A stretch of DNA of 64,000 nt, taken from NCBI RefSeq assembly GCF_009914755.1, contig NC_060928.1, one strand, 5' to 3'. The notes under the pieces were generated by a model, which did not search any database, had not been told where the DNA came from, and saw nothing but the letters and a program-made list of their open reading frames with translations. Source of the DNA: the human T2T-CHM13v2.0 reference genome, Homo sapiens. Of this stretch, positions 1 through 13,466 are shown in pieces. Made by a program: the position numbers and the translations under genes. Each line of letters starts with the position of its first letter. The first letter of the stretch is position 1.

Positions 1-80
1 CTGCTACACTCACAGGTGCCAGAGTTGGGGTTCAAACCCTCTCATCGGCCCCAGATCAGGAGACCCTTGCATTACACTGC
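1..80 (-). mobile_element. MIR fragment
   Basis: Degenerate match to the MIR 'gggattcgaacccagg...gctcttaaccact' segment, cut by the window edge. Confidence 0.4.
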
Positions 81-208
81 CATTTGCAACCCCTGGCTTC
101 TGGTCATCTCTATATGAAAACAAAACAAGAAGGCAAAGGGTCGTCTAATTTGACATCAGACAGGAATGTGCAAGTTGGACAGTTCAATTTTTTTTTCCAT
201 TCTACATA

Positions 209-716
209 TGTCAGAGTTTGGGCCTCAGAACATGCTACTGCAAAATATGGCACCTTAGTAATTGAGAATGCTACAGAAGTTAGAAGGTCAATCTGACATT
301 TTCCTGATTTTTTCCTGAAGCACGGTCATGATAGAATTATCTGAATGACCTCACCTGGAAGTAGGTCAGAAGACTCGTACTCAAGAGGGGCCTTGCCCTA
401 TACCCAGAGGTCAAGAAGAATTTAAAATAAACAGATCTTGCTAAATTCCCTTACCCTCTTTATTTCCATTAGGTCATACACCATTTTGGTCCAGTCATAC
501 TTCTACACGACTGTCCATTCTTTATCATACCTAAGCATACAAATACACAGTTTTCCTTGTCTTTGGATCTGCATTTCCAAAGGCCCTCATGACATGTAAA
601 ATTTTAGTTAAATTCATTTGTATGCTTTTATTTTGTAAATTCATCTTTTATTATAGGAGTGTCATCCATGAGCCTTGTAATAAATGAAAAAATTATGCTC
701 TTTTTTCTCCCCTACA
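209..716 (+). mobile_element. Solo ERV1 LTR, MER34/MER39 group
   Basis: TG...CA ends; 5' 'ctcagaacatgctactgcaaaatatggcacc', internal 'cttgccctatacc', 3' 'ctcccctaca'; homologous to the LTR at 57982. Confidence 0.7.
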
Positions 717-1339
717 TGAGCAAATGACCCCAAATGCTGAAAGCATTGCTTTGGGGATTACAAATTTTAACCACTAAGCAAACTGGCAAAACATAGGCTC
801 TCCTAATATTAAAGATCAATTCTGTTTTCTAGTATTCCTTCTTATAAGAGAATAAAGAGAATATAATTAATACCCTTGGAATAACATTACACAGATTCAA
901 AGTATTCACCTTAACTACAGTAATGACTTTGGAATGGCCCACAGAATTTCTCTGAGAATAATTTAGGTAAAATGTCAGGACCTCATTAATTTCTGCTTTT
1001 ATTATGGAAAATGTAGAACAACAGATATAAAATACCAATTACTCATATTGAGCCAGATATGACGTCTTTATATTCACTGTCTGATTTAAAACTTGAGCTA
1101 ACACAACAAAGTAGATAGATATAGTTATTGTTCCGTTAGTGAAACAGTTTTTAGGGGTTAAATAACTTTTTAAAGATACCTAAACTAGCATGCGTTTGAA
1201 TGAGAATCCTAAAAGCAATTATCTGTGACTCCAAAGCTCATGGTCTCTCCAGTACACACACAGCTCCCTAGAGAAAATGGAACACATTTATGGAACACAT
1301 TATTCTTAATTATTAATAGATTTGTGTGTTTAACTGTAT

Positions 1340-1475
1340 GTTTATTTTGCTTGGATGAAAGTTCTGTGAGACCATAACCAAGATATCTTGCCCAACGTTT
1401 TGTTGCTAGTTCCTGGTATAGTGTCTGGCACATCATTAACATGCTGTAAATATTAGTTGATGTTATAAATGAAAA
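1340..1475 (+). mobile_element. L2 3' end
   Basis: 'agtgtctggcacatcattaacatgctgtaaatattagttga' resembles the L2 3' terminus. Confidence 0.6.
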
Positions 1476-2516
1476 TAAATGGATTAATGATATCCTAGTT
1501 ATAAATATTAGCTTCCAAAAGTTTTAGATACCTAAATTACTCAGCTCTAATTTTTATTTTCAGCTATGCTCACTTTGCCAAAATTGAAAACCTACATTTT
1601 GTAATTAATGATTGCTCAAGTTCCTTTTAGGTTTTTAGGATATTTCTGTATGCAACGCAGAGCTCCCTTTGGAACCATTTCCTGCCATTACTATGCTCAT
1701 TGATGACTCTCTTTATTCTACCTTCTAAGTCTACATTGTCATCAAACCTCAGGGTGAACACTGTGCCCATTCTTAAACAGCCATCTGCATGTGCCCAGGA
1801 AAAATAGCAAAGAACAGAAAAAACCCTGTCAAACTCTTATCCTTTGCCAATTTCTTTATTCAACTTTACTGTGTACTATGAGTGCTAATATAAAGTGGGT
1901 ATTCTAATAGCTTCACTTCTTTTCAATGGTGTGTATTTTAAAGGAGCAGGAAGAACAGAGGCACAGAAAAATGGAAAACAGCTAGAGTTGTCATTATAAA
2001 ACATTAAATTGATATATATATATATAGTTATATGATGTATGGTAGCAAAGCAATACTTCACAGAACATCTTTTAATACATATATCTACAAACATATAAAT
2101 ATGCATATTGAATCTTAAATTTTGTTGTGAAGACTTGGAAATATGTAGAAATATAACAGAGAAAGACTACAGTGATTCACATTCAGAGAACTTGACAAAT
2201 GAAAACTCTAAAAAAATGAAAATGTGTTAAACAGCTTCTTATAGGAATGTGTTTTAATGAAACATTTTACACTTCAAAATAATAGACATTTAGGTAAAAT
2301 TTTAGTTTTTTTATATAAAACTCTCGTTATAATAAATAACTTTTAATTGTAGAGTTGTCTCTTGGTATCCCTGGTTCCAGGTACTCCACAGGATACCAAA
2401 ATTCACAGATGCACAGTCCCTAATATAAAATGGCATAGCATTTGCATATAACCTATACATATCCTCCTGTATAATTTAAACTATTTCTCGATTACTTTAT
2501 TGAAAATGATATATAA

Positions 2517-2807
<291 letters not shown>

Positions 2808-2913
2808 GAATATGCCATATCAATAGTTGCTATACTGTATTGTTTAGTGAATAATGACAAGGAAAAAAATCTGCACATGTTCAGTACAAACACAATTTAT
2901 ATATATATACATA

Positions 2914-3186
2914 TTTTTTTGAGACAGAGTCTTGCTCTGTCGCCCAGGCTGGAGTGCAATGGTGCGAGGCTCACTGCAACCTTCGCCCCCAGGGTTTAAG
3001 TGATTCTCCTGCCTCAGCCTCCCAAGTTTCTGCTACTACAGGCACATGCCACAACACCTGGCTAATTTTTGTATTTTTAGTAGAGACGGGGTTTCACCAT
3101 GTTGAGGTTGGTCTTGAACTCCTGACCTCAGGTGATCCACCCTCCTCGGCCTCCCAAAGTGCTGGGATTACAGGCGTGAGCCACCA
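2914..3186 (-). mobile_element. AluS (Sx/Sz-like), lacking ~10 nt at its 5' end
   Basis: Reverse-complement Alu, 'ctcctgacctcaggtgatccac'. Confidence 0.95.
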
Positions 3187-3568
3187 TTTTAATCTGCAGT
3201 TTGGCGAATCCATAAATGCAGAACTCACAGGTAGGAAGGGCCAAATGTAATTTATGCAAGCATAGGTTTACTAACACATTTTTAAAAACGTAGTTTTTTT
3301 TCTATTTTTGCTACATTTTAAAGAAAAGTATGTTTGAAAGAGGTGATTCTGTTAACCGGGGCTTTTCATGTAAATTTTCTGTGTATTAAAGATGGAACTT
3401 AGAATTATACACTTTAAAAACTGAAGGTATCTTTTTTGCTCATGGGTCCAGTGGTCTTCAAATATGGACTAGAATTCTGCTTCTGAAATGGATCTTTTGG
3501 AGCCATCGTACTAGAAATATAAACAGATAAATTTCTCTACTTTTAAAAAGAATGTTATAGTTTGTAAG

Positions 3569-3869
3569 TTTTTTGTTTTTAAGAAAGAGTCTACCTCTGT
3601 TGTCCAGGCTGGAATACAGTGGCAGTAATTATAGCTCACTGCAGCCCCAAACTCCTGAGTGCAAGTGACCCTCCCACTTCAGCCTCCCCGCTGAGTAGCT
3701 GGAAGTACTCGGGCATGCGCCACCACGCCTGGCTAATTTTTGTATTTGTTGTAGAGACGGAGTTTTGCTATGTTGCCCAGCCTGGTCTTGAACTCCTGGC
3801 TTCAGGCAACCCTGCTGCCTTGGCCTCCCAAAGTACTGGGATTATAGGAGGGAGCCACAGCACTCGGCC
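3569..3869 (-). mobile_element. AluJ
   Basis: J-type 'atagctcactgcagcc...actcctg', 'ttttgctatgttgcccag'; TSD-like 'tgtaag(a)ttttt' on both sides. Confidence 0.9.
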
Positions 3870-4534
3870 ATGTAAGATTTTTTTTTTTTCAAATCTGCCA
3901 TCAAATTTGTTGCCTAGGACCATTCTAAAGTGGCTAGTTATGATTTCTATGTTACAGAATTTAGAAACCAGTCTCAAGAAGGCTAAACAATTTTTATAAG
4001 TGCACAAGTTCATGCTAATAAACTATGATGTAGGTCTGATAAAAAAAAAAGATCCAAAAAGTCTGAGCAATATAATATTTAAAGGATATATTACTTCTTT
4101 ATTCTTGTAACAAACGACATAAAAATAAAATGGAGGTTATATGTGATAGATAATTTTATAACTATATATAAGATATAATACTAAACAAATATAATACTAC
4201 TAATTATGATATAATATAATAAATGTGAAAACATTGAAATTGTTGCTTTTTAAAGTATTAACTCACCTAAGTATACATTTTTTTCTTTCAATAATGAATT
4301 TATCTCTTAACTTTCTTATTTATGTAAAACAAATACATTTAAGTTCTCTTTGCATAACAAAGCCATCCAATTCCAGTGGACTTTTTACTCCAATGTTTTA
4401 TTTGTGGCAATAGCTAAAATTTATTACAAGTTTATCTGTGTGACAGGCTTAGTGATTATTATTTTATGTGCAGCATTATACTTTATCTTTAGACAAACCT
4501 TACAAAGTACCTTTCATGCTGGCATAGTTGAAAG

Positions 4535-4718
4535 AATTGGCAAATGGCTAAGAGTGTGATCTCTGCATCCAAACTACATGGCCCTGCTCCAACATCTATT
4601 TTTTTTGTTTGTTTGTTTGATCTTGGGCAATTTATGTCACCTCTCTGGCCTCTGTTTCCTCATCTGTGAAAAGACAATAATAATTAAACTTAACTCATAA
4701 GGTTGTTTTGAATATTTT
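4535..4718 (+). mobile_element. MIR (an opposite-strand MIR piece precedes it at ~4405-4510)
   Basis: MIR core 'tcttgggcaattt...cctctgtttcctcatctgtgaaa'. Confidence 0.7.
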
Positions 4719-5039
4719 AATAGTACCTTCCAAAGAATTTCCCTCGGTGAATGTCAACTGTGAATGTCATTTTAGATATGAGAAGAGGCTGAGGTTTAGG
4801 GGAGATGAGTTGCTGAAAGGAGATTTTGCTAGCTATTGTAATTAATTCATATTCGAGACATTCCTTATTATAAATGCTCCCTCTGACCTTACAGGCCTTG
4901 ATATCTGGCTCATTTGATGCTGACCTTTTCATTCTCACTAATAAGGGCTGGTGTCCCTGTGTTTTATTCTGCCACTTAATTTTCTGACTGTGGTGACACT
5001 ACTAGCCTCACTGCACTCCTTGACTTACCCTACAGGCCA

Positions 5040-5305
5040 TTAATAGCTACCATACCAACAATCTCAACATTAATTGTGTAAATCCTGTGGGCAAGGTAAT
5101 GTAGTAAGTACTTTATATATTTTTATTTTTTAACATTAAAATTAACACTATAGGTTTGATATTAATATTATATCTGTTTGAAAGATGTGTAATATGAGTT
5201 ACAAGGTGTTTATTAACTTGCCATAGGTCACACCACTTCTAAATTCCAGCTGGGATTTGAACTCAAATCTGAATCCTGAGACAAACATCTTAGCCTCTGT
5301 GTTAA
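5040..5305 (-). mobile_element. MIR
   Basis: 'taacttgccataggtcacac...gctgggatttgaactcaaatctg'. Confidence 0.65.
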
Positions 5306-6579
5306 GACCTACTCTAGAACACCTTTTTGGTGAAGAAATTCTATATGAGAACTTGTGAATTAATAAAGTCTACTGAATTTTAGAATGCTTTATTGGTAGG
5401 AAAACCGTATGAGAACTTGCAAATCTGTAACATCTACTGCATTTTTGATTACTTGTTTGGTTTCATACTGTTTATATAATATTATCATCAATATCAAAAT
5501 AGAAAGCATGCTATCAGGAAGCAAAGGGCATCAGCATTCCTGGGAAGTGCTGAAGAGCATAGCACAAATAACTATGCTAAATCTGCACAACATGAAAATA
5601 ATAACTTAGCTAATGAGAAACATGAAGCCAAGATACAATATAGAATAAATGAGTTTAGAGAAAAGTTAGAAAAATGCATTCCTACGATGCTTTTTGAATT
5701 TTGGTTAGATTTGAAGGGTTGATGCAGCATTCAGGAGGATACTCCTTTGCTGGATACTCCTTCTTTGCGGTTAGTATGCAGCGGTTTTAAAATTATTAGT
5801 TTTCTTTACTGATGCTACTAATTTGGTTACATTTCTTGGCTTGTTAGCTGAAGTACCTTTCTAGAGAATAACTCTTTTTGAGAGCAATAAACCTAATTAA
5901 AATAACTAGGTTCTACTCCTGGCTCTGATATTTTCCAGCATTTGATCTTGTACTAAATAGATAATCTTTGGGCCATTATTGTATTTCCTGTAAAATAATA
6001 CAATTAGAAAATAAAATAAAATATAAATACAATTGAAAGTGGTGATCAAGGTACCTAAATTGTCAAGGTATATCAGGTATTCTCTTACTAAAGAATTCTT
6101 TAAAATAAACAATTTTCTATGGATATATGTCCCTTTGTTTTGCCCTCCAGCATTCATCCAGCCTTCTTTTGATATTTTGGTTTCTCCTCTGTAGGCTACC
6201 ATCCTACACTCATTTCCTTTAATTTCAATAGGTACAGGGATATGTTATAGGTTAATTTTGGCTAATTTTAATATTATGTTATCTGACCCCAATTATTGAT
6301 TCAGGTAACATCAAAATTAATAAGATTCATTGCTTTTTACATTTATATATAAGATGAAGGACTGGAAAGAAGGCAGAGATCTCAAAGATTAGGAGACACT
6401 TCTGGTTGTAAGAACCAGAAGTGGGACTTATGCAATTAACTTGGCAATTTTCCTCCCTCTACCGCCCAGTATTTATTTTTAAATTTCTATTCACTCTAGA
6501 GTTAGGATAATTGGAAATTGTAGTAGCTATCTAAAAGCTTACTTCACAAATGTTGGAGGTGAGAAATCAGAAGTTAAGC

Positions 6580-6690
6580 AAATAATAAGAGCTAACATTT
6601 ATTGGGTACTTATAATATGCCAAGCACTCTTCTGAACATATTACACATATTAATTTACTGTATTTCAAAACAATAAAGTAATTTGGTTTT
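6580..6690 (-). mobile_element. MIR fragment
   Basis: 'agctaacatttattgggtacttataatatgccaagcact'. Confidence 0.6.
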
Positions 6691-7469
6691 TCTACTCCCA
6701 CCAGGTGGAAATAATATATCCATTTATTAGCCTTGGCTTTTTTAACCACAAGACTAAATAAGCTGTATGAAGTCACATATTGGTCAAAAAGACGTGGCTT
6801 ATTGAGGAACAACTTTCTGTTGTAAGAGTGAATGCTGAATGTGATACATTCAAAGAAAATAAAGGATGAAAAAGAAATGTCAGTTGTGTTCAGAATGTGA
6901 AGATTTATTTCCCAAATTAAGGAGTTTAGATTTCATTACCTGAGAACAAGAAAAGTGACGTACATTTTAAGCAGTTTCCTAACAGGGTGAGGGTGGTGGT
7001 GGAAGGGAAGAGCTTACTGTGAGAAGAGTGCAGTAATGGATTGGATTGGCTGCTTCAGATTTGTCCCCTGTATAATGGAGTTTATAGCTTTTACCACCTT
7101 ACTGTTAGTTTTAAAAGTTAAGAAAAGGAAAACTTTTCAATCCCTATAGTGCTATAAAATATATATTATTGATTACTACTAAAATGAAGAATTTAGAAAG
7201 CCTTGAGACCTACATCTGTCTTGCAGTTGTCAATAATAGTTAAACTAAACTTTGCTTATGATTGAAAAGTATTATAAAGATAAAACTACTTTCTTCCATT
7301 ACCCATAATGGGGAAACTGAACAAAGATTTATAAAAAGGCATAAGAGCTTATAGTTGATACTTTTTTACATTCTCTTAAGAAAGGAAAACAAAACTGTTA
7401 GGAGAATTGGTTTTACAAACCTAGGTAGAAAAAGTGAGTGGGTAAAAAGAGATATACGTATTGATAAGA

Positions 7470-8110
7470 TAAATGACTGGGACGGTGATCAATTTACCTC
7501 CCAGTCGCGCAAGCCTCCTTTGCCAGCTGAGATGATGTTAAGCTTTGCCAGTAGGGTGCCCTGAAGAGATGCTGGAGCAGGAGGCTCTCTCTTACTGGTC
7601 CTGCTGTGTTCTTCTCAACTTGGGGCTTTGGTAGCACCTGGCTCTGCAGTTTAAGGCAACCAGCAGCACTCAGCAGTCAATAGCTTTCCCTAGCACACTT
7701 ATGATTTGATTCACAGCAAATTCTGAAAAGTGGCATATCCCTGGATGTGGCTTTTTCTGGCTCACCTGAGGGCAGATTTCAGGCAAGTTCCCAAGGGAAG
7801 ATTTCTAGCAAGTTTCACTGGCACATCACTACAGTAACTTCTCTGCCATTCAGCTAGTCTTGGCCATGCCCTCTCCAAGGAGGTCTGAATTTCAGCCCTT
7901 GGTGGAGGTAGAGGGCAGGCAGGGAGGAGAGTCTACCTGGGATGCTCTATCTCAGGCATTGGAGTTGTAACTATTATGTATTATATCTACTATTATATTT
8001 TTAATTATTCCTGCAGTTCTTTTATTATTCAGAATTATCTTTATTTCTTACTAGGCATCTCCTTGTTACTCCAATACCCTGTTTTAATTAATCATATTTA
8101 ATTGATATAG
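7470..8110 (+). mobile_element. ERVL-type LTR, LTR41-like
   Basis: 'tttgccagctgagatgatgttaagctttgccagtaggg' and 3' 'gttactccaataccctgtt' resemble LTR41; GC-richer than its flanks. Confidence 0.55.
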
Positions 8111-8980
8111 TAACTAAATAAAAGGATTTTTACTAAAGAGATAAATAATATATAGTTCTTTGGAATCTCTGACTACTGTGAAAGTTCCAAGCTAGTTTTT
8201 ACCTAATGTTTCATTTGTGAATACTGATTTTTTAAAGAAGTAAAGTTCAAATTTAAAATGCTGCTTTATACTTACATGTTCAATTTTTAAAATTTGTATT
8301 ACAAAATCTATGTTACAGTATAACTAACTCATTTATGGAACTAGTGTACATAAAATCTGAACTAAAAAGAACTAAGCAATCATATCCATACCTTTTAACT
8401 TCAATTGTATTAAATGTACAGAAAAGCCCTGCTCCAAATTTTGCTGATTGGCTTTTCTTTCCAGCTTTGTGGTATAAACTAACAAATAAAAATGGCATAT
8501 AATTAAGGTGTACAGTGTTATGTTTTGCCATACAAACACATTGTGAAATTATCACCACATCAAGCTAATTAGCATATCCATCACTCACATAATTACCTTT
8601 GTGTATGTGTAGGGAGAATGTTTAAAAATGAAATTTGCTTGAAATTTCAAATTTGAAGTTTCAATGTACAAATTTCAAGTGTACAATGCATTATAACTAA
8701 CTATGGCCACCATGCTGTAATTAGATCTCCGGAACATATTTATCCTAACTGAAACTTTGTAACCTTGGACCAATGTGTACCCATTTTCCTCACTCTCCAG
8801 ACCCTGACAACAACCCTTCTACTCTCTGCCTGTATGAGTTTGACTGTTTTACATTCCACCTCTAGATGAGATCATTCTTTTTTAGAGTCTGGCTTATTTC
8901 ATTTAACGTAACATCCTCCAGGTTCATCCATGTTCTTGCAAATGGCAAGATTTCCTTTTTTTAAAGAGGCTGAAAACATT

Positions 8981-8984
<4 letters not shown>

Positions 8985-9016
<32 letters not shown>
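8985..9016. repeat. (TA)16 microsatellite
   Basis: Read directly. Confidence 0.95.
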
Positions 9017-9021
<5 letters not shown>

Positions 9022-10301
9022 AAAATTTTTATTTGTCACATTTTCTTTATTCTTTCATCCATCAAAAGATACTTAGGTTGTTTTCATATCTTAGCTATTA
9101 TGAATAATGCTGCAATATACATATCATTTGACATATTGATTTCATTTCCTCTGAATATACTCAGAAGTGGAATTGATGACTCATTATAGTTCGATTTTTA
9201 ATTTTTTGAGGAAATTACATACTTTTTTTTATAATGGCTGTACCAATTTACATTCTCACCAATAGTATATTAGTGTTCCCTTTTTTCAGATTTTTGCCAA
9301 CAGTTATCTTTTATCTTTTTTGATAATAGCTATGGTTAATGGTGTTAGGTTAATATCTCATTGTGGTTTTGACTTGCATTCCTTTGATGATTAGTGTTGT
9401 TGAACATTTTTTCATATACCTGTTAGCTATTTGTATGTCTTCTTTGGAAAAATATCTATTCAGGACCTTTGCCCTTTTTAAATTGGGTGGTTTCTTGCTA
9501 TTGAATTGCTTGTGTTCCTGTATTGGACATTAACAACTTATCAGATTTGTGGCTTGCAAATATTTTCTTCTGTTCCATAGGTTGTCTCTTCAGTCTGTCA
9601 GTTATTTCTTTTGCTGTGCAGAGCTTTTTAATTGATGGGATTAAACCTGTCTCTTATTGCTATTGTTGTCTCTGCTTTGGTGTCATATCCAAAAAAATCA
9701 TATCCCACACCAATGTAAGAAAGCTTTGCCCCTGTGTTTTCTTGTACTACTTTTATACTTTCAGGTCTTACATTTAAGTCTTTAATCATTTTTAGTTGAT
9801 TCTTACATATGGTGTAAATAGGGTCAATATTTATTTTTTTGCATATGGATAGTCAATTTTCCCAAAACCATTTATTGAAGAGACAACCCTTTCCTCATTG
9901 TTTGCTTTTGGCATTCTTGTCAAAGATCAGTTGTCCATAAATATGTGGCTATATTTCTGGGATCTCTCTTTTGTTCCCTTGGTCTACATGTCTGTTTTTA
10001 ATGGGAGTATCATACTGTTTCTATTACTGTAATTTTGATGTATATTTTGAAATCAAATAGTATGATGCTGCTAGCTCCATTCTTTATGCTTGAGAGTGCT
10101 TTGGCTATTTAGGGTCTTTTCTAGTTCCATACAAATTTTAGGTTTATTTTTATGCTTCTGTAAAAAGAGGCCATTGGAATTTTAGTAGAGATTGCATTGA
10201 ATCTTTAGATCTCTTTGGATAGTATTGACATATTAATGATTCTAATTTCTTGAATCTATGAACATGAGATATCTTTCCGTTCATGTGTGTATTCAACAAA
10301 T

Positions 10302-10304
<3 letters not shown>

Positions 10305-10336
<32 letters not shown>

Positions 10337-10610
10337 GAGACAGAGTCTCAATCTGTCACGCAGGCTGGAGTGCACGATTTCGGTTTACTGCAACCTCTGC
10401 CTCCCGGCTTCAAGTGATTCTCTTGCCTCAGGCTCCCAAGTAGCTGGGATTATAGGCACGTGCCACCACGCCTGGCTAATTTTTGTATTTTTAGTAGAGA
10501 CAGGATTTTACCATGTTGGCCAGGCTGGTCTCGAGCCCCTGACCTCAGGTGATCTGCCCACCTCAGCCTCCCAAAGTGCTGGGATTACAGGTGTGAGCCA
10601 CCGCACCCAG
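10305..10610 (-). mobile_element. AluSx-like with (TTA)n tail
   Basis: Full reverse Alu inside L1MA; tail converted to (tta)n. Confidence 0.95.
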
Positions 10611-11887
10611 TTCCCTTTCATCCATATTTTATAGTTTTCAGTATATAAATGTTTCACCTCCATGGTTAAATTTATTTTTTTTCATGCTTTTGTAGATGAA
10701 TTGTTTTCTTAAATTCTTTTTCAAATGGTTTCTTGTTAGTGTATAAAAATGCATCTAATTTTTATAGGTTGATTTTGTATCCTGACATTTTACTAAATTC
10801 ATTTATTAGTTCTGACAGTTTTTTGGTGGAGTTTTTAAGATTTTCTACGTAAGATTACATTATCTGTAAAAAGAGACAATTTTACTTCTTTCTTTTTAAC
10901 TTGGATGCCTTTTTTATTTTCTAACTACTCTGGCTAGGACTTCTAATACTATGTTGAATAGAAGTGTCAAGAGTGGGCATTCTTTTCATGCTCCTGATCT
11001 CAGGAAAAGTTTTCAGTTTTTCACTATTCAATATGATGTTAGTTGTGGGCCTGTCATATAATAAAGCTGTGGACATTATTATTTTAGAGTTTACTCCTTC
11101 TATAACCAATTTGTGGAAGATTTTATCATAAAAAGATGTTGAATTTGTCAGATGCTTTTTTTTGCATCAGTGAGATAATCATGCGATTTTTATTCTTCAT
11201 TCTTTTTTGTGGTGTATCATATTTATTAATTTGTGTATGTTGAAACATCTCTGTATCCTAGGGATAAATCCCACTTGACCATGGTTACTGATTGAATTTT
11301 AAATACTTTGTTAAAGATAAGTTAACCTAATGTAGTTTCAACATATATTAAGTACCAGCCCAAGGTACTTCAATAGAGTTTTATATATGCCATTCCAAAA
11401 AGTGAGGGGTTTCATCTCAGATTACTCTTTTTGGCACTATAGCTCTTTTTCATTTAGTGCTTTGTTTTATTTTACTTGCTCATTATTTTATTATGATAGA
11501 TGGGCAAGGAATAAAGCCTAGAAAAAGTTTTTCTTTTCTTTTTTTCTCTTTTATGTCCATTTATTGTTGCCTCTTAGAGATATGATTTGAATTGTTTTGG
11601 TAATTTTCTTAAGCAGATAAATTCAATTACTTGAAATAGTTGCTATTCAAATTGTTAAGACGGTGACAAAGTGACAGGATATCACCTCTACAAAACAGGA
11701 CAGTAACTACCTCAAACTCAATATTAATAAAGGGATGCTACCAAGCCAATGACTACCATCCTACCAATGGATTGATAGCATTCTTATATTTACCATCAGA
11801 ATTGGCATCAAAACTACAATAGTTAACATTTAGTTTCCTGTGCACCGTAATTGTGTTAAAGGCTTTGAAATGAAATAACTTACTGAA

Positions 11888-13466
11888 TTTTGTTTTCATT
11901 TTTATTTATTTTTTTTACTGTAAGTTCTAGGATACATGCACAGAACATGCAAGCTTGTTACATAGGTATACATGCGCAGTGGCGGTTTGCTGCACCTGTC
12001 AACCCATCACCTAGGTTTTAAGCCCCACATGCACTAGCTATTTGTCCTGATGCTCTCCCTCCCCTCACTTCCCAACCCCCGACATGCCGTGGTATGTGCT
12101 ATTCCCCTCCCTGTGCCCATGTGTTCTCATTGTTCAACTCCCACTTATGAGTGTTTGGTTTTCTGTTCCTAGATTCAATGCTATTCCCATCAAACTACCA
12201 TTGACATTCTGCACAGAATTGGAACACAAAAATACTTTAAAATTCATATGGAACCAAAAAAGAGCCCAAATAGCCAAGCCAATCTAAGCAAAAAAGAACA
12301 AAGCTGGAAACATCATGCTACCTGACTTCAAACTATAATACAAAGCTACAGAAATCAATACAACATGGTACTGGTACCAAAACAGACATATAGACCAATG
12401 GAACAGAATAGAGACCTCAGAAATAAGGCCACACATCTACAACCATCTGATCTTCCACAAACCTGACAAAAACAAGCAATGGGGAAAGGGTCCCCTGTTT
12501 AACGAGTGGTGCTGGGAAAACTGGCTAGCCATATGCAGAAAACTGAAACTGGACCCCTTCCTTACACAATATACAAAAATTAACTGAATATGGGTTAAAG
12601 ACGTAAATGTAAAACACCAAACCATAAAATCCCTAGACGAAAACCTAGGCGATTCCATCAGGACACAGGCATGGGCAAAGATTTTATGATGAAATCACCA
12701 AAAGCAATGACGACAAAAGCTAAAGTTGACAAATGGGATCTAGTTAAACTAAAGAGCTTCTGCACAGCAAAAGAAACTATCATCAGAGTGAATAGGCAAC
12801 CTACAGAATGGGAGAAAATTTTTGCAATTTACCCATCCGACAAAGGTCTAATATCCAGAATTTACAAGGAACTTAACAAAATTTACAAGAAACAAACAAC
12901 CCCCGCAAAAGGTGGGCAAAGGACATGAACAGACATTTCTCAAAAGAAGACATTTATATGGCCAAGAAACACACGAAAAGAAGCTCAACATAACTCATCA
13001 TTAGAGAAATGCAAATCAAAACCATAATGAGATGCCATCTCATGTCAGTCAGAATGGCAATTATTAAAATGTCAAGAAACAACAGATGTTGGCAAGGATG
13101 TGGAGAAATAGGAATGCTTTTACACTGCTGGTGGGAATGTAAATTAGTTCAACCATTGTGGAAGACAGTGTGGTGATTCCTCAAGAATCTAGAACCAGAA
13201 ATGTCACTTGACCCAGCAATCCCATAAGTGACTATATAACCAAACGAATATAAATCATTCTATTATAAAGATACATGCACACCTATGTTTATTGCAGCAC
13301 TATTCACAATAGAAAAGACATGGAGCCAACCCAAATGCCCATCAATGATAGACTGGATGAAGAAAATGTGGTACATATACACAATAGAATACTATGCAGC
13401 CATAAAAAGGAATGAGATCATGTCCTTTTCAGGGACATGGATAAAGCTGGAAGCCATCATCCTCAG
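11888..13466 (-). mobile_element. L1PA (about PA7-PA8) with 5' inversion
   Basis: 11888-12170 is the antisense L1 3' end with a T-rich tail; 12171-13466 is sense ORF2 C-terminal region (ORF track: [12 protein letters not shown]..., MFIAALFTI...). Confidence 0.92.

Larger units (their letters stand above)
8455..11300 (-). mobile_element. L1MA-type LINE, 5'-truncated (3' UTR plus 3' ORF2), interrupted by an Alu
   Basis: L1MA 3' end 'ccagctttgtggtataaactaacaaataaaaat', then antisense ORF2 ('atgttgaatagaagtg', 'ccatttattgaagagac'). Confidence 0.9.
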
